A stretch of 62,813 nucleotides of DNA, filler included, from Malassezia furfur (GCA_052055015.1; 33 parts of 33 records of this genome joined end to end with filler, not necessarily neighbours in it); one strand, 5' to 3'. Positions 1 through 11,285 are shown, counted from the whole stretch's first letter. The notes: generated by a model not told the origin, from the sequence alone. Program-made: numbers and translations.

Positions 1-2
1 CG

Positions 3-1882
3 GCGACCGACAGCCGCGCGCTGCAGAACCTCATCAAGGCCGAGAAGGTCTACGTGGAGAACTTGTTCTCTGCGACGTCTGCGGCAATGTCGGCGGCGTC
101 GTCGATGCAGGCCTGGGGCATGTCGGAGACGCCCGACATGGAAAAAGCAACGCTCACCGTGACCAAGTGGCTCGAGGACGTAGCTTCTGCGCAGCGCACG
201 CACGGCCAGGCGATTGACCAGTTCCGTGAGGCACTGAAGGATGTGCTTGACCGCGAGCACAGCATTCGCACGATCCTCCGCGACCGCGAGATCCTTATTA
301 GCCGCGTCATCAAGACCAGCAAGCGCAAGCCGTCGCGCTGGGAAGTGATTAATGGCGATGAAGAGCACCAGGCGCGCATCTCGGAGGCACAGCAGGAGCT
401 GCACGCGTGCGAGCAGCTGCTCGCGAATGAGAACGCGCTGCTGGTCGGTGTCAAGCGCCGCACCTTCAAGGAGGCGCTGGCGATGCGCGTCAAGACGATG
501 GGCGACACGGGCGCCGTCATGATGGACAGTGCGCGCTCGATTTTGCTCTATCTTGACGAGTTTGACGCCAACGTGCCCGTTGCCCCCATGCCGCCCGCGC
601 CGCTCCCCGTCGAGGCCGCCGCCGAGGCGCCCGAGACCTACGGCACTCCCTCGGTGATCGACCATGGTGCCGAGCACGAGCGCGGCGCACCGATGATGTT
701 CAAGAACGACCCGCTGCCCGCACCGCCCGCCGCCGAGCCGCCGCCCGCCACCTCGGCGCAGCTCGGCGCACCGTACGTCGACGCCGTCGAGACGCCCACG
801 CCCGAAGTGCGCTCGCCTCCCCGCCTCTCGCGCTCGTCGAGTGCTCAGGCGGCGCACGAGGTGCGAGGCGCATCGGTGGACCGTGAGCCGGTGCGCCGCC
901 CGCGCAAGTCGCGCAGCCGTGCGCCGAGTGATGCGTCGCACCGCAGCGGTTCGGCCATGTACGTTGTCCAGGTGCCCGGTGGCGTGCCGACCGCACCGCG
1001 CGTCAACCTCGAGCACATGCGCTCCGACTTCTTGGCGCCGACCGTGCCTGGGGGCGTACCGACCGCGCCTGGCTCGGCGTTCCGCACGACGCACGCCGAC
1101 GACGACTCGTCGGACGACGAGGGCGGCCGCCGCCGCACGCGCGATGCGTATGCGCCGTCATCGACGGACGCGTCGACGGTGCCGCCGCGCCGTGCGCACC
1201 GCCGTGCGGACTCGTCGGACGACGAGGCGCCGCACCACCGCCGCAAGGGCAGCGAAAGCGGCGGCTTCTTCCAGCGCGTCTCGAACCTGTTCCGCACCGA
1301 GGTCAAGGCCCATCCGTCGCCGGGAAAGCACGAGCGCCGCGCGAGCCGCAGCGAGGGCCTGTTTGCGCCGATCGGCGACCTGCCGCGCGCGACACACGCC
1401 ACGCGCGACGATAGCAGCGACGAAGAGACGCCGCGTAACGTCGTGCGCCACGTCAACGAGCGGCCGGGCAGCAGCATGAGCTCGCGCAGCCTGATGAGCC
1501 CGCAACGGGGCATCCCAGGCATGCGCCGTTCGACCTCGGCGATGGGCCGCGGCGCGCAGCCCGAGGAGGACGACGAGCTGATGGCGGCCGTGCGCCGCAG
1601 CGTGATTGGCGCCGGGATCCAGGGCTCGACGACCAAGCCGCCGAGTCGTCCGTCGTCGCGCGCCTCGGCGACGGGCACGCGTGCGACGCACGCGGGCGCC
1701 CGCTCGACGCGTCGCCGCTCGGTGGACCTCGGCGAGACGTCGCTGTCGCGCAACGTGCCGGACGCCGCCGGCCCGAAGCTGCGCACGCGCAGCAGCTCCG
1801 AGCAGCTTGGCGAAAAGCCCACGGCACGCCGCAAGCGCCGCGACTCGGCCAACGCGCGGCCGTCGCACCCGCCGCCCGCCCC
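3..1882 (+). CDS. Pil1/Lsp1-like eisosome BAR-domain protein with long disordered tail (partial at both ends)
   Basis: Frame is open from nt 3. The helical N-terminus (DSRALQNLIKAEKVYVENL...SMQAWG...LKDVLDREHSI) resembles Pil1-family BAR domains, followed by a Pro/Ser/Arg-rich tail. Confidence 0.6.
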
Positions 1883-1982
1883 NNNNNNNNNNNNNNNNNN
1901 NNNNNNNNNNNNNNNNNNNNNNNNNNTTAATTAATTAANNNNNNNNNNNNNNNNNNNNNNNNNNNNNNNNNNNNNNNNNNNN
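1883..1982. other. Artificial contig linker N44-TTAATTAATTAA-N44 (first of 32)
   Basis: Identical 100-nt spacer with stops in all six frames. Copies start at 1883, 3859, 5830, 7798, 9765, 11721, 13677, 15617, 17551, 19485, 21408, 23331, 25241, 27148, 29055, 30962, 32868, 34760, 36647, 38532, 40417, 42301, 44181, 46057, 47928, 49797, 51665, 53530, 55392, 57253, 59109 and 60963. Contig lengths fall from 1882 to 1751. Confidence 0.99.
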
Positions 1983-3858
1983 CCGGCGGCGCCCGCGTCG
2001 CCCGCGCCCGGCGCACGCGCCCCAAGCTCGGACGCGTACAATGGCGCGCCCGATCTCCGCCAGGACGCGACGATCGTCGCGGACCGCGTATCGGGCAACG
2101 AGGAGGTCGACTCGCTCGCCGAGACGCACACGGCGCTCGTCAAACTCCAGGGCCCGTTCACCGACCGTCAGCTGTCGTCGATCGCCGAGGGCCTCGCATA
2201 CCTCAAGCAGCTTGGCCTAATCTGTGTCGTGGTGCTCGACCACGTCGACTGGCGCGCGGTCGCACGCTATGACGCCGAGGGCCACCTCGTCCAGCCTGAG
2301 TCGTCCGACATCCGGCGGTGGCTCGGCGCGCGCGCCGCGGACGAGGACGACGCGGCGACGACGTGCGGGTGGGAGGAGCTCGGACAGCGCAATGCGATGG
2401 TGCGCGAGCTGTGGCATACGTCGAACCTCTTTACGCGCGCGGGCGTCGACCCCCGTCCTTTTGGGCACGCGGTGCTGCGCATCGGCGCGGCGCAGACGCT
2501 CCCGCCCTCGACCGAGGACGGGCAGGGCAGTGCCGAGGCGCTTGCGCGGCGTGCGCCGCTCGCCGCCGATAACGCGTTCGAGGGCGTGTTCCGCGCACTC
2601 GAGGCCGGGCAGACGCCCGTGCTGATACCCCTCGCGCTGTACGACGACTGCCAGCCGGGCGACCCGTCGAAGCCCGGGCCGCTGCGCACCGTGTGTGTTG
2701 AGGCGGACGACGTGATGGTCGCGCTCGCGCGCGAGATGGCGTACGTCGGCAAGCGGCAGACGGTGCTGCAGCCGCACTGCTCCGTCGACGTGACGCCGCT
2801 GCGGCTCATGGTGATCAACCGCGAGGGCGGCATCCCGTCGCATGCGCGCGGCGGCAACCCCCATCTGTCCATCAACCTGCGCTCGGAATACGACTCCATA
2901 CGCTCGTCGTTCGTGTGGAATGATACCCATCCGACCGCGCTGTCGAACCTGGACATGATCCGCGACTGCCTTGCGTACATGCCGCCGACGTCGAGCGGCG
3001 TCATGGTGACGCACCGCTCGCCGCGCAGCCTGATCGCCAACCTGATCACGAACAAGGCGGCGCACTCGCCGAGCCTGCCGCAGCGCCTCCTCGCGCGGTC
3101 CAAGGACGTGCGCGACACGCCGACGATCCTGCGCAGCGGCCTGCCGATCCACGTGCTGACGCGCTGGGCGGACGTGGACCACGACAAGCTGCACCACCTC
3201 CTCGAAAAGAGTTTCCGGCGCACGCTGAACCGCACCGCCTACTTCGACCGGCTGCAGGAGAAACTCGACTTCCTCATCGTCACGGGCGACTACGACGGGA
3301 TGGCGATCGTCACGAACGAGTACGCGCCGGACGACGCGCCGGACGCCGAGCCGATCGCGTACCTCGACAAGTTTGCCATCCTGCCCAAGCTGCAGGGCAG
3401 CGGCGCCGTCGACTTTTTGTGGGGCGCACTGCGCGACGAGGTGCACGGCCTCGGCCTCCTCGACGCGCTCAACAACAACGGCGGCAAGAACGGCGTGGGC
3501 GTCGGCCGCGACCTCGTGTGGAAGAGCCGCGCGGCGAACCCGATCAACCGGTGGTACTTTGAGCGCAGCAACGGGTTTGTGCGCCTCGCGCCGTCGTTTG
3601 CCGTGCCGCCGGGCGCACCGGTCCCCGCCGAGTCGGCGTGGGTGATGTTCTGGTGCGACGCGGAGCAGCGCCTCGCGCGCCTTGGCGGGCGCACCGTGCT
3701 GGCGTCGACGTCGAGCATGGACGAGATCCGCGACTTGGCGTACGCACCGACGAACGACCCCACGACGCCGCTGCCGTCGGCGCGGCTCCCCTCCGAGACG
3801 ATCTTGCCGATCGTCGCGCACGAAGAGTGCGGGCGCCTGGAGCGCTGGAAAAAGTGCC
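1983..3858 (+). CDS. ARG2: Mitochondrial N-acetylglutamate synthase (amino-acid acetyltransferase), partial
   Basis: Frame is open from the contig start. Motifs HTALVKLQGPF, REGGIPSHARGGNPHLSINL, and a C-terminal NAT/DUF619 region (YLDKFA...DLVWKSRAANPINRWYFERSNG). Confidence 0.9.
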
Positions 3859-3958
3859 NNNNNNNNNNNNNNNNNNNNNNNNNNNNNNNNNNNNNNNNNN
3901 NNTTAATTAATTAANNNNNNNNNNNNNNNNNNNNNNNNNNNNNNNNNNNNNNNNNNNN

Positions 3959-5576
3959 CGCGCGGCGGGCGCGGCGGGCGGTAGCCCGGCGGGAAGACCT
4001 GGCCGTTGGCGAACTGCGCCGGGGGGTACGGCGCGTTCGGCGGCATGCCCTGCGGCATGCCCTGCGGCATCATGCCCGGCGCGTAGCCAGGGCGCACCAT
4101 GCCGCCCTGCGCAAACTGGCCCGGCACGCCGGCGCCCGGCGGCTGGGGGTAGTACATGCCCGGCGCGCCGGGGTACATCTGCGCGGCGGCGGCGGCGGCG
4201 GCCGCCTGCTGCTGCTGCAGACGCAGCTGGTTGTGCTGCATCATCTGCGCGGCGAGCTGCTGGTGGCGCACGTCCTTGCGCTGCGCGAGCGCGACGTACA
4301 GCGGGCGGTTGTCGAGCATCTTGCCGTTCATCTCGGCGACGGCCTTGTTGGCCTCCTCCGGCGCCGAGTAGCACACAAAGCCGAAGCCGCGCGACGCGCC
4401 CGTCGAGGTGCGCATCACCTTGGCCGAGGTCACCGTGCCGAACGGCGCAAACTCCTCCTGGAGGCGCTCGTCGTCGAACTCCTCGGGCAGGTTCTTGATG
4501 TACAGGTTCACGCCCTGGTACTTGGCGAGCTTCTCGTTCTTGGCCGCCTCGTACGCGCGGCGCAGCTCCTCCTCGCGCTCGGCCTTCTTCTGCGCGCGGC
4601 CGAGGAACAGCTTCTGGCCGTGGAACTCCTTGTCGTTCAGGTCGTCCACTGCCTTGGCCGCCTGCTCGTGCTCGGCAAAGTTGACAAAGCCAAAGCCGCG
4701 GCTCTTGCCCTCGTCGTCGGTCGAGAGCACCGCCGAGGTGATCTCGCCGTAGCCCTTGAATAGGCCCTCGAACTCCTCCTGGGTCACCGCGGGGTCAATG
4801 TTCTTCACATAGACGTTGGTGAACTGCGCACGCGCCTCCTCGATCTTCGCCTGGCGGTCCTTCTTCGAGATGTGGTGCGCCACGTACACCTTTTTGTCGT
4901 TCAGCAGCATGCCGTTGACGTGCTTGATCGCCGCCTCGGCCGCCTCGTTCGTCTCGTAGTGCACAAAGCCGTAGCCGAGCGAGCCGTTCTCGTTCGAGGC
5001 CACCTTGCACGACAGGATGCGGCCAAACGCAGCAAACGTGTCGTGCAGCGCCTTGTTGTCAATCGCCTCGTCCAGGTTCTTGATAAAGATGTTGCCCTGG
5101 CCCGCACGGCGCTTGCCGGGGTCGCGCTCCGAGCGCATGATGCGGCACGGACGGCCACGGATCGGCGTGTAGTTCAGCTGCTCCATCGCACGCTCGCTGT
5201 CCGCCGCGTTCAAGAAGTTGACATACGCGTACCCGAGCGAGCGGCGCGTCACCATGTCGCGGCACACACGGATGCTGCTCACGGGGCCGATCATGTTGAA
5301 GATCTCAAACAGCACCGCCTCGTTCACGTTCGGGTCCAGCTCGCCCACGTACAGCGACGAGTTCGCCTGCAACTGCGAGCTCGACGACTTGGCCGCCTTC
5401 TCCTTGTCGTCCGCAGACGCCTCCGGCTTGCTCTCGCCGTCCGCAGACGCAGGCTTCTCGACCTGCTTCTCCTCGGCCGCAGGGGCCGCAGGGGCCGCAC
5501 CCGTCGACTCGGCGGCGGGCGTAGCGGCAGGCGCGTTCGTGGCAGCAGGCTGCGTAGATCCAACTTCAGACGACAT
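3959..5576 (-). CDS. PAB1: Cytoplasmic poly(A)-binding protein (3' truncated)
   Basis: Four RRMs (SLYVGEL, RSLGYAYVNF, GNIFIKNLD, KSRGFGFVNF, GVNLYIKNL) and a Q/P/M-rich linker. ATG at 5576. Confidence 0.98.
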
Positions 5577-5592
5577 CACGGTAGTAGGAAGG

Positions 5593-5617
5593 TTTTTTGT
5601 TTTTTGGTTTTTTTTTT
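5593..5617 (-). promoter_or_regulatory. A-rich tract in the PAB1 5' leader (candidate autoregulatory element)
   Basis: Minus strand reads AAAAAAAAAACCAAAAAACAAAAAA 17-41 nt upstream of the PAB1 ATG, in otherwise GC-rich DNA. Confidence 0.65.
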
Positions 5618-5929
5618 AAGGGTAAGGTGTGACGATGCAAGTCTACAACGACCACGGGAGCGATGGAGTACGCAAGGGTACGCCGGCCTTTTTTTCGCTA
5701 CGCGAACAAAAAAAAAATCGCCGCCCGGCCGCGGCGCGCGCCCCATCTTCCTGCCCCCTTTTCGCCGCGGCCGAGGCGGTTGTCACGTGAGCAAATGCAG
5801 TCCTGGCGCGGCGTGCGCCACGGCGCACGNNNNNNNNNNNNNNNNNNNNNNNNNNNNNNNNNNNNNNNNNNNNTTAATTAATTAANNNNNNNNNNNNNNN
5901 NNNNNNNNNNNNNNNNNNNNNNNNNNNNN

Positions 5930-7587
5930 CGCTCGGGCACTCGGTGCACCCCAGCGCGTGGTGGCTCGCGCGCTACGTCGCGCTGGTGCTCGCCGGGATG
6001 CTGTTCGGCGTGCTGCGCTGGGTGGGGCTGTACGCCATGTCGCTCTGTGCGTCGAACCGCCTGTTCGACCGGATGCTGTGGCGCACGCTGCGCGCCCCGC
6101 TGCGCTTCCACGACCTGGCGACGCGCGGCGGCCTGCTCAACCGCTTCGGCCAGGACCTCGAGGTGCTCGACAGCAAGTTTGCGCGCGCGGTCGCCGACGT
6201 GACCATCAAGGCGACGCAGCTGCTCGCCACGTGCCTCGCGCTGTACATCGTGAGCGGGTGGCAGTTCGTCGCGGCGCTCCTGGCGCTCACGCCGCTCTAC
6301 ACGACGCTCTCGCAGCACTACATCGCCACCGCGCGCGACCTGCAGCGCCTCACCTCGACGTCGCGCAGCCGCGTGGTGAGCGCGTTCGGCAACGCGGTGC
6401 ACGGCGTGGTGACGCTGCGCGCGTACGGCGCACAGCAGCGCTTCACGCACGAGATGCACGCCGTGCTCGACAACAACAACCGCTTCGTCTGGTGGGCCGC
6501 CCAGGGCGGGCGCTGGATCAGCCAGATGTTCAACCTCGTCTCCGCGTTCCTGGTGCTCGGCGCGTGCATGTCGATCCTGCTGCAGCGCAACCTGGACGCG
6601 TCGCTCGCCGACTTCTCCATCACCTTCCTGATCGACCTCAACTTCATCCTGCTCATCCTCATGCGCATGTACACCGTCTTCCAGACCAGCGGCGTCGCCG
6701 TCGAGCGCGTGTTCGAGTACGCAGACACCATCGAGCAGGAGGCACCCGAGACCACCGCCGTGCGGCCCCCGCCCCACTGGCCCGCCGACGGCCACGTCGT
6801 CGTGCGCGACCTGTGCGTGCGCTACGCGCCCGACCTCCCCGACGTGCTCCACAACGTCTCGTTCTCCATCGCGCCGGGCGCCAAGCTCGCCGTCGTCGGG
6901 CCCACGGGCAGCGGCAAGTCGACCCTCGCCAGCGCGCTGCTCCGCTTCGTCGAGCCGCACGCCGGCTCGATGCAGATCGACCGCGTGGACCTCGCCCAGC
7001 TCGGCCTCACCGACCTCCGCGCGCGCCTGCAGATCGTGCCGCAGGACCCCGTGATCCTGTCGGGCACGCTGCGCTCGGCGCTCGACGTGTTTGGCGAGTT
7101 CGACGACGCACAGCTCCTCGAGGCGCTGCGCCGCGTCGCGCTCGTCACCTCGGACAGCAGCACGTTCGCCGACCTCGACTTCCGCATCGCCGAGGGCGGC
7201 ACCAACCTCAGCCAGGGCCAGCGCCAGCTGCTGTGCCTCGCTCGCGCAACGCTCCGCCGCTCGCACGTCGTGGTGTTCGACGAGGCAAGCTCGTCGATCG
7301 ACTACGACACCGACGTCCGCATCACGCAGGTCATCCAGGACGCCTTCCGCTTCAGCACGGTGCTCACCATCGCCCACCGCCTGCGCTCGGTCATCGCCGA
7401 CGACCAGCTCCTCTTCCTCGACCACGGCCACGTCGCCGAGATGGGCGAGCCGCACGCGCTCCTCCAAAACCCCGCCTCGCGCTTCTACCGGCTGTGCCAG
7501 AGCGCCGGGCCCGCCGAGTTTGCGCACCTCGTCGACGCGGCTCGCCGCGCGCACGAACAACGCACCACGCGCCAGCCCACTACGTAG
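5930..7587 (+). CDS. ABCC/MRP-family ABC transporter, TMD2+NBD2 (5' truncated)
   Basis: GLLNRFGQD, AVERVFEY, Walker A GPTGSGKS, signature NLSQGQRQ, Walker B VVFDEA, H-loop IAHRL. Stop at 7585-7587. Confidence 0.95.
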
Positions 7588-7797
7588 CTACGTACGCCGC
7601 ATCCGTCGTCACCGCACTCACTCGCTCCGCCATGTGCTGGATCGCCCGCACCTCGTCGGGGCCGATGCGCAGGCCCAGGCGCAGCAGCTCCGCCTCGCTC
7701 ACGCCCCGCCGGCCCGCCGGCGGCCCACGCACGCGCTGCGACGGGGGGGTATACGCCTCGTGCGCATACACGGGGCTCTGCGTGCCGACGCCCAGCA
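7580..7797 (-). CDS. 3' end of an unidentified protein
   Basis: Frame is open from the contig edge (LGVGTQSPVYAHEAY...RIGPDEVRAIQHMAERV...AT*) with coding-like codon usage. It converges on the ABC gene. Confidence 0.55.
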
Positions 7798-7897
7798 NNN
7801 NNNNNNNNNNNNNNNNNNNNNNNNNNNNNNNNNNNNNNNNNTTAATTAATTAANNNNNNNNNNNNNNNNNNNNNNNNNNNNNNNNNNNNNNNNNNNN

Positions 7898-9101
7898 GCG
7901 GTGTGCTCGTGGACGTGCGCACCGCACGCCCACACGTCCGTGCCCGGGGGCACCGGCGGCGCCGGCACATCCCAGGCGTCCGCCGCGCCCGCGAGCGACA
8001 CGTGCGTCGTGGAGAACGTGGCGTGCGGCGACGCAAGCTCGACGCGCACCGCGTCCATCAGCGGGTTCGTGAGCGTGACGTGCACGCCGTCGTCCGTGCG
8101 CCGCGCGAGGTGCAGCGCCGGCACATACGCGCGCGCGAGGCGCCGGAGCTTGTACTGGCTCGACGAGGTGCGCAGCTCGGGCCGTACGAGCAGGTGCGTG
8201 CACGTGGCGCACCGCTTCGCGAGCTTCGCGCGGAGCCGCACGCGCTGCGGGCGCAGCGCATGGGCCTCGTACGGCTGCTCGAGCGGCATGCGGTAGCGCT
8301 GCGCGAGCGTCGACACGGCGAGCGCGGGCGTGTCTGGCGCGGTGCACGGCGTGAGGCGCTCGACACGCCGCGCCTCGCGCGTGACCTGCTTGCTCTGCGC
8401 GCGCGTCGTATGCACGGTCGGCACCGGCAGCTCGTCGCGCACGGGCGCCGGCGGCGCGCGGCGGCCCTGCCAGTAGCGCGCCGGGAGCGCCGGGAGGTCG
8501 GCGAGCACGCGGGGCACGCGCGCGGGTTCCGCAGGGTCGGGACGCGTGCCGACGTGGTGCGCGACGTGCCGCGCGAGGTCGTCGAACGCGCGCTGCTCGG
8601 CGCTCGGCTCGGACGCAGACGGGAGGCTGGCTGGGTGAGTGGGCACGACGCACCCTGCAGTGCGCTCGGCTTGGCGCCGACGAGGCCGATGCGCTTCGAG
8701 TCCCAGAGACACGCGGTGCACGCGTAGTAGAAGGGCGCGACGCCGATGCTCGCCTCGGCGCTCGTGAGCGGTGCGCCGTTGCGCGGGGGGTCGGTGCCGT
8801 GGATGGTGAGGACGTGCGTGCACACCGGGCACGCGACGCAGCTGCGTGCGCACTGTCCCTTTTGCGCGCCCGCGCTCGTGCTCGGCACCTCGAACAGGCA
8901 GTGCGGGCAGAAGCGGCTGCTGACCTCGCACGCGACGCACGCATTGCACCGCAGCTCGTAGCAGGCCTCGCAGAAGTAGAGCGCGCGCAGCGGTGCTCCG
9001 GGTGGCGGCGCGACCGCCGGCCACGCCGCGGGTACGCGCGCGGCGTGCCGCGCCGTGTGCAGGTCGTCCCACGCACACGCGCACAGGTACGTCGTGGTCA
9101 T
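7898..9101 (-). CDS. Dynactin p62 subunit (DCTN4), 3' truncated; 23-nt intron at 8631-8653
   Basis: Cys-rich [12 protein letters not shown]...[10 protein letters not shown]...[11 protein letters not shown] and downstream [20 protein letters not shown]. The two frames join exactly when GTGCGTCGTGCCCACTCACCCAG is removed. Confidence 0.9.
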
Positions 9102-9167
9102 GCACGGTGCGTCGCGGGGCGAAATTCGGGCGCATTTGCGTGAGCCTCCACACAGCACACCCCCACC

Positions 9168-9764
9168 ATGGCGACCAGGGCAGGGCCCGACGCCAGCGTC
9201 GCGGGGCTGCAGGCCGTGTCGTCGATTGTGCGCCGCGACTTCTCGTGGATGCCGCTCAAGATCGACCATGCGAGCCGCCCGCTGTGGATCTCGCCGGACG
9301 ACGGACATATCATTCTCGAGGGCTTCAACACGCTCGCGGAGCAGGCGCAGGATTTCCTGATTGCCATCGCGGAGCCCGTGAGCCGGTACGTCGGCGCGCG
9401 CCACCCACTGACCGCAGCCCGAGCTTCGTGCACGAATACAAGCTCACGCCGTACTCTTTGTATGCGGCCGTGTCGGTCGGCCTCGAGCCGGACGACATCA
9501 TCGAGGTGCTGAACCGCCTCTCCAAGGTGCCCGTGCCCAAGTCCGTGCTCGACTTTATCCGCGAGTACACGGCGAGCTTCGGCAAGATCAAGCTCGTCTT
9601 GCGGCAAAACAAGTACTTTGTCGAGAGCTCGCACCCCGAGATCCTGCAGATGCTGCTGCGCGACGAGGTCATTGCCGAGGCACGCATCAAACCCGACGGC
9701 GGCGCAGCGGTGGCGCGCCCCGAGGCGCCGCGCCCCGCGCGCGATGCTGCAGCGGCGGCGCCCA
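9168..9764 (+). CDS. SSL2: TFIIH XPB helicase N-terminus; 32-nt intron at 9386-9417
   Basis: [24 protein letters not shown]...[37 protein letters not shown] after splicing GTACGT...CTGACCGCAG. Confidence 0.95.
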
Positions 9765-9864
9765 NNNNNNNNNNNNNNNNNNNNNNNNNNNNNNNNNNNN
9801 NNNNNNNNTTAATTAATTAANNNNNNNNNNNNNNNNNNNNNNNNNNNNNNNNNNNNNNNNNNNN

Positions 9865-9963
9865 GCCGCGGTTCCCAACAACCGGCTGTCGGACGAGGAG
9901 CCGCCGGCGCTCGGCCTGCCCGAGTCGCTGAGCTTCTCGCCGATGCTGATGCAATATCTGTAA
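9865..9963 (+). CDS. 3' end of an unidentified protein
   Basis: AAVPNNRLSDEEPPALGLPESLSFSPMLMQYL* from the contig edge, followed by an AT-richer 3' UTR-like stretch. Confidence 0.5.
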   Translation, partial: AAVPNNRLSDEEPPALGLPESLSFSPMLMQYL

Positions 9964-10040
9964 AGCGCGTGCCTACGTTCGATCGCCCACCCACCCACAT
10001 CCTCCCTACCTTGTCCGTAGCTGTATAGACCTTGTCGCGT

Positions 10041-10071
10041 GTGTGCTGTGTGCTGTGTGCTGTGTGCTGTG
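10041..10071 (+). repeat. (GTGTGCT)n microsatellite, about 4 copies
   Basis: gtgtgctgtgtgctgtgtgctgtgtgctgtg in intergenic DNA. Confidence 0.85.
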
Positions 10072-10355
10072 CCTTGCGTGTGCGCTGGCGCCGGCGGTGC
10101 ACACCGCTGGTGGGCGCCTGCCCCAACGCGCTGTGCCCCAGCGCGCGCGCGCGCGTGCGTGGAGGTGGAGGTGGAGGCGGCGGCGGGCCGCCCGGGCCGA
10201 CCGGCTTTCACACCGGCTACGCGACGTGGGGATTGGCTCTGCCACGTTGTGCATTATGGATGCGCCCAATCACGGCGCACGTCGACAGCCCCCCGCAGCT
10301 CGCGCGCCATAAGAAGCACGCGCGGGGCGTTGGACGTCTTCCCCACCATTCTACC

Positions 10356-10756
10356 ATGAGCGAGTTCAAGTCGGCAGAGTACTTCAAGCAGATCACCGAC
10401 GGCCTGAGCGGCATGTCGGATGCCGAGAAGAAGGATCTTCAGAAGAAGACCAACGCCGTGTTCGAGTTCCACATCAAGAACTCGGGCGGCAAGGAGCTCG
10501 TGCAGACGATCGACCTCAAGAAGGAGGCGGCCGCCTACGAGGGCAAGGCCAAGGGCAAGGCCGACTGCGTGATCAACACGTCGGACGACAGTATGTATGC
10601 GCGTGCGCAACTGACTCTTTAGCGTTCGCCGACCTCGCCAGCGGCAAGGTCAACGGCCAGAAGGCGTTCATGTCGGGCAAGCTCAAGGTCAAGGGCAACG
10701 TCATGCTCGCGACCAAGCTCGACGGCGTGCTCAAGGCCCAGAAGGCCAAGGCGTAA
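10356..10756 (+). CDS. Sterol carrier protein 2 (SCP2/POX18-like); 32-nt intron at 10591-10622
   Basis: [13 protein letters not shown]...WTIDLK-like QTIDLKK...[44 protein letters not shown], ending AKA*. Confidence 0.93.
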
Positions 10757-10853
10757 ATGCCGTGTGCGTACGTAGTGCGTAGCGCAGAAGACCAGGCAGT
10801 GCCGGTCAATCGTGTGGGGGGTGTGGGGTCGGTAGGATGTGGTGTCTATCTGC

Positions 10854-11285
10854 CGAGGTGGCTACGGCGGGAGCTGCGGCGGCGGTTGCGGTAGGAGCTG
10901 CGGCGGTGGTTGCGGCGGGAGCTGCGGCGGCCGCTTTGACGGTAGCTTCGACGGCAGCAGCGTGGTAGCTTCGGCGGCAGCAGCGTGGTAGCTTCTGCGG
11001 CAGCTTCGGCGTCCGCTGCGGCCGCTTCGACGTCCGCTACGGCCGATACGGCCGACACGGCGGGCAGCAGCAGGGCAGCTTCGGTAGCCGCTACGGCGGT
11101 AACTTTGGCAGCAGCGACGGTAGCTTCGGCAGCTTCGGCAGTAGCTTCGGTGGCCACTACGGCGGCAGCTTTGGCGCCCGCAACGGCGGCCGCTTCCACG
11201 ATCGCTTCGGCAGCAGTTTGGGCGTCCGCTACGGCAGCTTCGGCAGCAGCTTCAGCGGCCGCTACGGCTCTGGCCTCGGCCCTCA
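10854..11285. repeat. Degenerate GGC/AGC/TTC-based low-complexity repeat with 23-nt tandem units
   Basis: Recurrent GGCAGCTTCGGC. Tandem unit GGTAGCTTCGRCGGCAGCAGCGT at 10941-10963 and 10964-10986. Confidence 0.75.
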
